Assembly: GCA_002898295.1 (NCBI GenBank) | Contig: BEHX01000005.1 | Location: 11,642 to 75,641, forward strand | Source of the DNA: a bacterium HR21 | GTDB lineage: Bacteria > Bacteroidota > Ignavibacteria > Kapaibacteriales > HRBIN21 | DNA: 64,000 bases | Direction of reading: 5' to 3' | Part shown: piece by piece, positions 49,397 through 56,974 of the stretch | Numbering within the stretch: position 1 is the first letter of the stretch | How the letters are laid out: the number at the start of each line of letters is the position of its first letter | Position numbers and translations under genes: made by a program | Notes under the pieces: model-generated | Told to the model about the DNA's origin: nothing | The model's input: only the letters and a program-made list of their open reading frames with translations | Databases searched by the model: none

Positions 49397-50807
49397 TACG
49401 GATCAGCGTGTCCAGAAGCGATGCGGCAACGGACAGGACGCGGGCAGAGGCTTCGTACGCCTTCTGGTAGCGGATCAAGTTCGTGGCTTCCTCATCGAGA
49501 TTGACCCCAGAGAGTGCCTGCCGCTGGGCTTCCAGCTGCTGGAGACTTGCCTGAAGCCACTCCTCTTGGGAGCTCGACCGTGCGTGGAGTTCGCCCAGAC
49601 GGGAGAGCACGGCTGCGGAGAATCCCTGCGGAGTCATACCGTCAGCAAAGGAGCGATCCTCCGCCAGCGCCAGAAGGCGTTGTGCAATGGTGCTATTGCC
49701 CGGCTGCGCTGGAGCCTCGGAAAGCGGCAGTGCCCGAGGATTGCCCACAACGTCTCCAGACAGCCGGAGCGTCTGCATTGTTTCCCCTTCGAAGAGCCGC
49801 CGTCCCGGTGGCGGACCAGCCCCATCATCCAGCCCATAGCCTTGGGCAAGAATGCCATTGACCCGCTCGACCCACCGAGCAACGAAGCGGTTGAGTTCAC
49901 GCGGCAGCGAGAATTCCCCGCTCTGCTCCTCTGGGTCCAGCGTCACATTGACGTGCCAGAGGAGGCTGCCGAGCTCGCCTCCGGTAGGGGAAAGCTCCGC
50001 GAGCACCTTACCCGATGCCTCTACCAGCTGCAGCACCGTGTGCTGTTCGTCCGACAAACCCGCACGGCGCGTCTGCAGCTGCACGCGGAGAGCCACTTCA
50101 CCTTCCACGACGACATGACCAGCAAGGGAGACGGTGAGCATCCCGCGGGAATCCTGCGCGACGGTCACCGGGACGAGGCGGGATAGCTCTTCGAGCACCC
50201 GTGCCTGTTCATCCGCAAGGGCAAGCGCCTGTTCACTGCCTTCCGGAGCCAGTGCCCGCTGCCGGTTGAGTTCAGCAAGGCGCTCCAGAAGCGGATTGAG
50301 ATGCTCAACCTGCTGTTGGAGGTGCTGGACGAGCTCCGTCCGCTGCCTCTGCAGCTGCTCTCCGAGCCGCCGGAAGGCGGCGGCAATGTCCTCTGCTCGT
50401 TGCAGGAAGAGCTCTCGGAGGGCGATATCCTCCGGTCGCAGCACCAGCTGCTGGAGGGCATCGAAGAAGCGCCCCAGCAGGGCATTGAGCCCGGTCTCAC
50501 TCTGCGGCTCGCCGAGCACGGCACTGAGCTGCTGGAAGACCAGCGCATCTGTCTGACTCCGCGCATGCCGACTTGTGAAATCTCGGACAGCGGCATCCAG
50601 GTACTGGCTCCGGAAGCTTACCACGCGGTCGGCACGGACGCCCGTTCCGAGGTGTCCACGCTCAGGCACAATGGGAGTGATGGTAATCCGGCGGCGAGCA
50701 TAGCCCGGAGTGTTGACGTTTGCAACATTCCCGCTGGTGACGTCGAGGGCACGCTGCTGTGCGAGCAGACCGCTACGAGCAGTGTGCAGCGCGCGAAGGC
50801 TCATCAC
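49386..50807 (-). CDS. flgK: flagellar hook-associated protein 1 FlgK
   Basis: 473 aa; N-term MSLRALHTARSGLLAQQRALDVTSGNVANVNTPGYARRRI, C-term ...EEATNLIRYQKAYEASARVLSVAASLLDTLIRIGT. Confidence 0.85.
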   Translation of the reverse strand: MMSLRALHTARSGLLAQQRALDVTSGNVANVNTPGYARRRITITPIVPERGHLGTGVRADRVVSFRSQYLDAAVRDFTSRHARSQTDALVFQQLSAVLGEPQSETGLNALLGRFFDALQQLVLRPEDIALRELFLQRAEDIAAAFRRLGEQLQRQRTELVQHLQQQVEHLNPLLERLAELNRQRALAPEGSEQALALADEQARVLEELSRLVPVTVAQDSRGMLTVSLAGHVVVEGEVALRVQLQTRRAGLSDEQHTVLQLVEASGKVLAELSPTGGELGSLLWHVNVTLDPEEQSGEFSLPRELNRFVARWVERVNGILAQGYGLDDGAGPPPGRRLFEGETMQTLRLSGDVVGNPRALPLSEAPAQPGNSTIAQRLLALAEDRSFADGMTPQGFSAAVLSRLGELHARSSSQEEWLQASLQQLEAQRQALSGVNLDEEATNLIRYQKAYEASARVLSVAASLLDTLIRIGT

Positions 50808-50808
50808 C

Positions 50809-51261
50809 CTACGCCTGCTGGTTGTAAAGGTATCCGTGAGGCACGAGGATCTCCAGCAGTGCTGCTGTATGCTGCTGCGCCCGCTGTGCTAGGAAGCGGT
50901 TCAATTGGAGTAGGCGGCGGAGCTCGGCAGCCTGGACCTTGAGCCGCTCCCAGCGCCGGCGCAGTTCCGCTTCGTGCTCGATATGCTCCAGGCACTCGCG
51001 CATCTGCTCTTGCCACCGGTGGAGCTCTTGCAGCAAGAGCTGTTGCCGTGCTGTCATCGCCTCAACTGCCCCAACCCGCAGAGCGACCAGCGCCGCCCGT
51101 TGCTGCCACGCTATCTGCTGCAGCTCCACCAGGAGCGCTTCAAGATGGCTGAGGATCTCGTGTGCATGTCCCATTGAGGAGCCCTCCACGTCTGGACATC
51201 CTGCAGCGGAAATATCGGCAGCTTCCTCGGAGGCTTGAGCGGTCTCAACCCATGCCGGCAC
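50809..51261 (-). CDS. flgN: FlgN-family flagellar export chaperone (putative)
   Basis: All-helical Q/L/E/R-rich ~120-150 aa protein immediately upstream of flgK in the same orientation. Start is ambiguous (51261 or 51174, MGHAHEILSHLEALL). Assignment rests on context plus composition. Confidence 0.55.
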   Translation of the reverse strand: MPAWVETAQASEEAADISAAGCPDVEGSSMGHAHEILSHLEALLVELQQIAWQQRAALVALRVGAVEAMTARQQLLLQELHRWQEQMRECLEHIEHEAELRRRWERLKVQAAELRRLLQLNRFLAQRAQQHTAALLEILVPHGYLYNQQA

Positions 51262-51518
51262 AGCACGGCGATGCCCCTGCCTTTTGTGTATTTTCGCGCT
51301 TGCCTCTGGCTTAGGTTCGGAAATGTCTCAGAGAGTTCTGCTGTGTGCAGCCTGATGTCTCCTACCGCAGCTGTGAAGAGCTCAGCGTCCTCCCATCCCG
51401 CTGCAGAGGGCAGGAGAATCACCGACCGTGCTACCTTCCCGAGTCTGAAGCACGGGCTTCACCACTGCCACAGGCGGGGGGAACGGAGTGTGAGGGAGCT
51501 GGACGTTTTCCAGAACGG

Positions 51519-51956
51519 ATGAAGAAGCCACCTCTGCGCACCGCACGGGGCATTGCTCAACTCTGTGCCCGGATTGCCTGGCAGAAGAAAGCCGAAGACA
51601 TTCTGGTGCTCCGGCTCGGTGTGCTGGAGAATGCACCAGCCGACTACTTCGTGCTTGCAACCTGCAGTACGGAAACCCATCTACGTGCCGTCGCCGAAGC
51701 CATTGAGGAAGCAACGCGGCAGCGTGGCGTTGCCAACCCCCGCCGGGAAGGATGGGAGGCTCTGCAGTGGGTTCTGCTCGATTACATCGACGTCGTCGTC
51801 CACCTATTCCGCCCGGAGACCCGCGCTTACTACCGGCTGGAGCGCCTCTGGGGCGATGTCCCACAGTTACGGCTCTCGGAGCGCACGCACCGACTCTATA
51901 CCGTCAGTCTCTCCGTCCCGCAGGCGTCTGAGGATGCTCCTGGAACAGTACCTTGA
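51519..51956 (+). CDS. rsfS: ribosome silencing factor RsfS (Iojap family)
   Basis: Start MKKPPLRTARGIAQLCARIAWQKKAEDILVLRL...DYFVLATCSTETHLRAVAEAI...WVLLDYIDVVVHLF. The track start at 51345 is rejected. Confidence 0.8.
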   Translation: MKKPPLRTARGIAQLCARIAWQKKAEDILVLRLGVLENAPADYFVLATCSTETHLRAVAEAIEEATRQRGVANPRREGWEALQWVLLDYIDVVVHLFRPETRAYYRLERLWGDVPQLRLSERTHRLYTVSLSVPQASEDAPGTVP

Positions 51957-53601
51957 AGTCCCGCTGCGCCGGGCTCTGGACGCGATAGGCGCTCCGGAGG
52001 TCACACCGGAGTTCGAGGTCCCCAGAGTGCCCGAACACGGCGATATCGCCACACCGGTTGCTCTCCACCTGGCTCGTCCCCTGCGGCGCCCTCCGCGTCA
52101 GATTGCCGAAGAGCTCGTCCGGCATCTTGAGCTGTCGCCGGAAGATGTCCGCGCCGAAATCGCCGGTCCGGGCTTCATCAACTTCCACTTCACGGCGGAC
52201 TTCTTCACCCGCCTCCTCCGCCGCATTGCCGACTTGGGCGACGCATTCGGACGGCTCTCTCTCGGGGCAGGCAAACGGGCAAACGTTGAATACGTCTCCG
52301 CCAACCCAACAGGTCCCCTCCATCTTGGACACGGGCGTAACGCCGCTCTCGGCGATACGATTGCCACCCTGCTCGAATGGCTCGGCTATGAGGTGACACG
52401 GGAGTACTACTTCAACAACGCCGGCACTCAGATGGCACTGCTAGGGCAGAGTGTCTACGCCCGCTACCGCCAACTGCTCGGCGATGCGTCCTATCCCTTC
52501 CCGGAAAACGGCTACCACGGCGACTACATCTGGGAGATAGCCCGGCAGATTCTGCAGCAGTACGGCGATTCCCTCCGGGAGGAAACCCCGGAAGCGCTCG
52601 CCCTCTGCCGCCGAGAAGCAGAAGCCTGGTGCTTTGCCCGTATCCGACACACGCTCGAGCGCATGGGTATCCGACACGACCTCTACTTCAACGAGGACTC
52701 GCTCTACCGCGACGGCAAAGTTCAGGCAGTGCTCAACGCCCTGCGAGAGCGTGGACTGCTCTACGAACGCGATGGTGCCCTCTGGATTGCCCTGAGCCGT
52801 TTCGGACGCCAGGACCGCGTTCTGGTCAAATCTACCGGCGAAGGAACGTATCGCCTCCCCGACATTGCCTATCACCGAGATAAACTCGAACGGGGCTACG
52901 ACCTCATCGTTGACGTGCTCGGCGCTGACCACATCACGACAATTGAGGACGTGATAACTGCTGTCGGAGCACTTGGCTACGATACCTCACGCATCAAGGT
53001 TGTGCTGCACCAGTTCGTGACTCTCACCGAAGGTGGGCAGCAGGTCAAGATGTCCAAGCGTTCAGGGAAAAGCTACACCCTCGATGAACTGCTCGACGAG
53101 CTCGGTCCCGATGTGGTTCGCTTCTTCTTCCTGATGCGCGCTCCGTCCACCCACCTGGAGTTCGAACTTGAGCTGGCACGGCAGCAGACGGAGGCAAACC
53201 CGGTTTTCTACCTGCAGTACGCTCACGCCCGCATCTGCTCTATCTTCCGCCATGCCGAACGGCAGGGCATTGTGCCCAAGGAGAGCGCCGAGGTGAGCTG
53301 CCTGACCCTCCCGCCGGAGCAGGCACTCATCAAGCTTCTGGTTCGCTTCCCCGAACGCATCCGGAAAGCGGCGCAGCTCTACGAGCCACAACTCCTGGTG
53401 GAGTACCTCCGGGAAGTCGCGCAGGCATTCCACACCTTCTACCACGAATGCCGTATCGTCGGGGCGGAGACTCCGGCACAGATGCACGCCCGCTTCGTTC
53501 TGGCGCGCGTAACCCAGAGGGTGCTGCGCAATGGATTGCGCATCCTCGGAGTGAGTGCCCCGGAGCGGATGGAGCGCGTGGAGGAGATTCCCTCACACTG
53601 A
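51934..53601 (+). CDS. argS: arginine--tRNA ligase
   Basis: Start MLLEQYLEVPLRRALDAIGA...; class I motifs ...SANPTGPLHLGHGRNA... and KMSKRSG; DALR anticodon-binding C-terminus. Overlaps the rsfS end by 23 nt. The track start at 51553 is rejected. Confidence 0.9.
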   Translation: MLLEQYLEVPLRRALDAIGAPEVTPEFEVPRVPEHGDIATPVALHLARPLRRPPRQIAEELVRHLELSPEDVRAEIAGPGFINFHFTADFFTRLLRRIADLGDAFGRLSLGAGKRANVEYVSANPTGPLHLGHGRNAALGDTIATLLEWLGYEVTREYYFNNAGTQMALLGQSVYARYRQLLGDASYPFPENGYHGDYIWEIARQILQQYGDSLREETPEALALCRREAEAWCFARIRHTLERMGIRHDLYFNEDSLYRDGKVQAVLNALRERGLLYERDGALWIALSRFGRQDRVLVKSTGEGTYRLPDIAYHRDKLERGYDLIVDVLGADHITTIEDVITAVGALGYDTSRIKVVLHQFVTLTEGGQQVKMSKRSGKSYTLDELLDELGPDVVRFFFLMRAPSTHLEFELELARQQTEANPVFYLQYAHARICSIFRHAERQGIVPKESAEVSCLTLPPEQALIKLLVRFPERIRKAAQLYEPQLLVEYLREVAQAFHTFYHECRIVGAETPAQMHARFVLARVTQRVLRNGLRILGVSAPERMERVEEIPSH

Positions 53602-53650
53602 GCAGGGCTGTTCTCTCGTTTCCTATCGCGCCACTCTGGAAGCCCGTGCG

Positions 53651-54370
53651 ATGCCGGCAGCGTTGTCCATAGAGCTCTTCCTGCAAGCAGGCGCAGACCC
53701 AGAAGGCGCTCGGTACCGTATTCTGGCAGCCTTCCAAGAGCACCGAAGGGCTCTCCAACAACGACGCCTGTTTCCCACGTGGCACGAGGTACAACGCTTG
53801 CGAGATGCCCTGCAGGAACTGCTCCGCCAGCGCTCGCTCTTGGAGCAGGCATTTCCCCATACAGTTGTCGGCATCGCCTGGGACACCTTGCAGTTGATCA
53901 CGGTCCCCACCTACACGCCGCAAGAACGCGAGCGTGCGCTCCAACAGCTCTTCCTCCTGGTGGAATGGGCACTCCCGCTGGTCGATGAGCTCCACCAGCA
54001 CAGCCAGGAGCTCTACGACTTTGCGTATGAACACATCGCCATACACGAAGTTGGCTTACTCTCCCTCCGGCGCCAGGAAGGGTTCCTGCTCGTTCCGGAT
54101 CGTTCACAGCAGCGTGTCTTGGTCTGGCACTACCGCGTGCGACCAGTCTTCGGGGCAGACCACCGTCCTTTGCTCCAACTGGCGCTCGTGACGAGGCTTC
54201 CGATGGGGAGCATCTGGGCACCGGATGTCTGGCGCAGCGCCGCGCAACACCACGTTCCAACCAGCACCGGTCCGACTTACATCTGCGAGGCTGACGAAGA
54301 CTTCCCCCTGCAGGAAACTCTCCTGCCAATCGCTGAACAGAAGCTCGCCCAGCGTGTCGGGCTCGCGTAG
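53651..54370 (+). CDS. hypothetical protein
   Basis: 239 aa from MPAALSIELFL; no recognisable motif; the start is uncertain (track ORF begins at 53555, overlapping argS). Confidence 0.45.
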   Translation: MPAALSIELFLQAGADPEGARYRILAAFQEHRRALQQRRLFPTWHEVQRLRDALQELLRQRSLLEQAFPHTVVGIAWDTLQLITVPTYTPQERERALQQLFLLVEWALPLVDELHQHSQELYDFAYEHIAIHEVGLLSLRRQEGFLLVPDRSQQRVLVWHYRVRPVFGADHRPLLQLALVTRLPMGSIWAPDVWRSAAQHHVPTSTGPTYICEADEDFPLQETLLPIAEQKLAQRVGLA

Positions 54371-54410
54371 ACTATTGCCACCTCCTTCCACGTCTTTACG
54401 CCCGGCATGC

Positions 54411-54784
54411 GGGGATGGATCGGTCTCGACGGGATGGGAGAATCCAAGAGCTGCATGCCGTGCTTCGCCGGTGCTGCACGTAAATTCAACCGGCGGACAA
54501 AAAGTGCCGATGCGGTTGCATACCGCATGGCTGCCTAATCCGAGGGATTAGGCGCCATCGTCTGCTCGGGATTGCGTGCCCATCCGCCCCAGAGCAGGCG
54601 TGGACTCCCGATGGGCAGCATCTCCGGAGCTGTCGCCGGGCGCCGGAGATGCTCAGAGAAAGCGGCGATAGCTTCGGTTGTCCTGCCACTCGGAGCCGCC
54701 GAAGCGAACCTGGAAAGAGTGGCTGAGCATGGAGAAGCTCTTGGGTTCACATCTCGGACGTGGGTTCGACTCCCACCATCTCCA
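54411..54784 (+). ncRNA. ssrA: tmRNA (SsrA), standard one-piece
   Basis: 5' end GGGGAUGGAUCGGUCUCGACGGGA matches the conserved tmRNA 5' region (GGGGnuG...UUCGACGGG). The 3' end ...GGACGUGGGUUCGACUCCCACCAUCUCCA is a T-arm plus acceptor whose 7-nt strand pairs with the 5' GGGGAUG (one G-U pair). Inferred tag frame ...GCC GAU GCG GUU GCA UAC CGC AUG GCU GCC UAA (A-D-A-V-A-Y-R-M-A-A); the stop codon lies in the 7-bp hairpin CCUAAUC/GAUUAGG. Length 374 nt. The gene ends ...A-CGA, so CCA is not encoded. Confidence 0.8.
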
Positions 54785-54854
54785 CGACAGTCCCTGCCCT
54801 CCCATTTCACCACCACAAACGCCCTGCCGTACATGCCTCCACCCACCCAAACAC

Positions 54855-54889
54855 GACGCCCCCGGTCACCCGGGGGCGTCGGCGTTTCC
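54855..54889 (+). terminator. putative intrinsic terminator after ssrA
   Basis: GACGCCCCCGG-tcac-CCGGGGGCGTC perfect 11-bp stem followed by GGCGTTTCC (short U-tract). Confidence 0.5.
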
Positions 54890-54918
54890 AGAGCGCTGGA
54901 CCTGTACTCCCCGCAGGC

Positions 54919-56937
54919 TCAGCGCAGGCGGCAAAGGGGATGTATGATGGTTCCTCCCTGCGTCCGCACCCGAACCAGATACAGTCCCGAGCCCAACCCG
55001 CCACACGGCACACGGCGTTCGTAAATGCCCTGGCTCTGATACCCGAGCACTTCCCGCCAAATAACCTGCCCGAGCGTGCCGACAAGCTCTAGCTCCACCG
55101 GGGAATCGTGCGGTACCTCGTACCGAATCCACACCCACTCGCCCATGGCTGGGTTCGGAAAAACCTCCAGCCGCAACCGCCACACATGCCACGGCTGCCC
55201 AACGGAGACAGTGTAATCCGTACGGACCGGGTCGTAGTTCGCCCAGGGCAAATCCCACCGGCGTTCCCCGAAGGCGCCGCGATAAGGCACCCGCTCAAAC
55301 CACGGGTCATCGATTGGGACAACTCCACTGCGCTCGAAGGATGCTGTGTTCAGGTACGGTGCTCCCGGACGTGGGCGCGGGTCAAAGAGCGCATTGTCAT
55401 CGTAGGCAAACGGATTCTCCAGCTGCGCCAGCAACGGCGAGGCTTTGAAGAGTTCATTGCGGAACGCCGGCGTTGCAATCCAGTCGGTCGTCATCCCCGG
55501 CGGCGGAGTCCCACCGGCGAAGTTGAGCCACGTCCCTTTGATTCCGAAAAAGGAGCAGGAGCGAATCTGGAGTGAGTCGGCATAGGCAGCTGCCATCGTG
55601 TTCGCATTGGCAATCTCAACACCGCGGGGCCAGCCCAGAAAGACGGAGTTAAACACGCTCGTGCGGGCGTTGCGCCGAATCTGGACAGCGGCACCGTAGT
55701 ACCGGCTGAAGTCCCTGCCGGCAACCCACGCCGTATCCTGGAGCGGACCAATCGAGGTCACATTCGAAAAAACGGGAGCCGTATACGGCTGGTTGGAAGA
55801 AGCAGTAGCATCGTTGTCCATCTCAAACGTCTGGCTGGTCGAGACATCAGCTACTTGCGGCTTCCGGACCGCCAGGGCGAATTGCACCCGTCCCCGCCAG
55901 CCATTGTCCCCGTCGAAGTCATCGTCCAGACCGGCGTAGGCAATGAGGTACCTGCCGTTGACCGTGCCGCCGAACCACTCGAAGGAATCGTCATTGCTGT
56001 ACGAGACCTGGACGTGCTCGATAACGGTCCGACGCCCAACACCGCCGAGTGTCAGCCCATTGAGCTCTTGATTCGGGAAAGCAGCGATCCCGGCGAACTC
56101 AATGCGGACGTAGCGCAGCACGCCGGAGCTGTCGTCATCATCCCTGCCGCCGAACCAGCCACGGACACGCTGGGCATCCGCGATTCCCCCCTCGAGGGCA
56201 GCCTCCCCGCCCGGGTTGTTGATGCGGGCACGCCCGCAAATCTGGATTCCGCCCCAATCACCGGCGGCTCGCTGCCCCGGCGGAGCCGAGCTGGTAAAGA
56301 CAATCGGGGCATCCGGACGCCCTTCAGCGTAGATAATCCCCCCGCGGTTGATACATAGCGCCGAATTCTGCCCGACGGTATCGCCCACGATGATAGTCCC
56401 CGGTTCAATGCGCAGGACTCCACCGCTATCCACGAAGACGTAGCCATCAAGCCCGTAGATTTTGTTCCGCGAAAGCGTCACCGTTGTCCGAATCGGGTCG
56501 CGCAGGACGGAGTCAATCCGAATCGGCTCCGGCTGGTCAATGGCGAAAGGAACATCGTTGATGTCAGAAACTGCCTCGTTGAGGCTCCCATCAGGATTGA
56601 CCAACACGATGCGAACGTACCCACTGTTGGTGCGGATAGCTGGCACGCGGAAGCCTCCTGCATAGCGCAGCCGAGTTCGCCCACTGTCCTTGACTGCTGT
56701 TGCTCCCGGAAGGTCTTGCCAGGGACCGCTCGGAGAGAGAGCAAATTGGAAGCGCCAGACTGGAAAGACGGTGCCCCGCCCGGTTGTATCCCAGTACCAC
56801 TCCAGGTCTTGAGAGGTCCCGGCTCGGTATACTTTCCCCCCCTCGGGCTTGCGGAGCTCGACACTGGTTGGAAGCTGCCCGAGAGCCACTACCCCCGCCA
56901 GTACTGTTCCCACGAAGGTTCGCGCCACAAGGCTCAT
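54919..56937 (-). CDS. T9SS-sorting-domain secreted protein with parallel beta-helix (pectin-lyase-fold-like) region
   Basis: Start MSLVARTFVGTVLAGVVALGQ (signal). Gly/Asp-rich beta-helix-like repeats (...NRGGIIYAEG...GGIQICGRARINNPGGE...). C-terminal ~75 aa ...GLYLVRVRTQGGTIIHPLCRLR resembles a T9SS CTD. Confidence 0.7.
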   Translation of the reverse strand: MSLVARTFVGTVLAGVVALGQLPTSVELRKPEGGKVYRAGTSQDLEWYWDTTGRGTVFPVWRFQFALSPSGPWQDLPGATAVKDSGRTRLRYAGGFRVPAIRTNSGYVRIVLVNPDGSLNEAVSDINDVPFAIDQPEPIRIDSVLRDPIRTTVTLSRNKIYGLDGYVFVDSGGVLRIEPGTIIVGDTVGQNSALCINRGGIIYAEGRPDAPIVFTSSAPPGQRAAGDWGGIQICGRARINNPGGEAALEGGIADAQRVRGWFGGRDDDDSSGVLRYVRIEFAGIAAFPNQELNGLTLGGVGRRTVIEHVQVSYSNDDSFEWFGGTVNGRYLIAYAGLDDDFDGDNGWRGRVQFALAVRKPQVADVSTSQTFEMDNDATASSNQPYTAPVFSNVTSIGPLQDTAWVAGRDFSRYYGAAVQIRRNARTSVFNSVFLGWPRGVEIANANTMAAAYADSLQIRSCSFFGIKGTWLNFAGGTPPPGMTTDWIATPAFRNELFKASPLLAQLENPFAYDDNALFDPRPRPGAPYLNTASFERSGVVPIDDPWFERVPYRGAFGERRWDLPWANYDPVRTDYTVSVGQPWHVWRLRLEVFPNPAMGEWVWIRYEVPHDSPVELELVGTLGQVIWREVLGYQSQGIYERRVPCGGLGSGLYLVRVRTQGGTIIHPLCRLR

Positions 56938-56974
56938 TTGGAGGGTGCCTGCGTTGTTGTACATACCCACCCGC

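Noticed and set aside
51262-51518. Possible flgM or other small gene in the flgN / rsfS divergent intergenic region (track ORFs 51111..51422-, 51235..51522+)
   Set aside because: Translations are low-complexity and lack the FlgM C-terminal helix pattern. The region more likely holds divergent promoters. No convincing -35/-10 or sigma-28 motif could be assigned by eye.
54646-54784. Apparent 139-nt tRNA-like element (GGAGATG...T-arm...CATCTCC-A)
   Set aside because: Too long for any tRNA and no cloverleaf could be built. The true 5' partner of the acceptor strand is GGGGATG at 54411, making this the 3' portion of a standard tmRNA.
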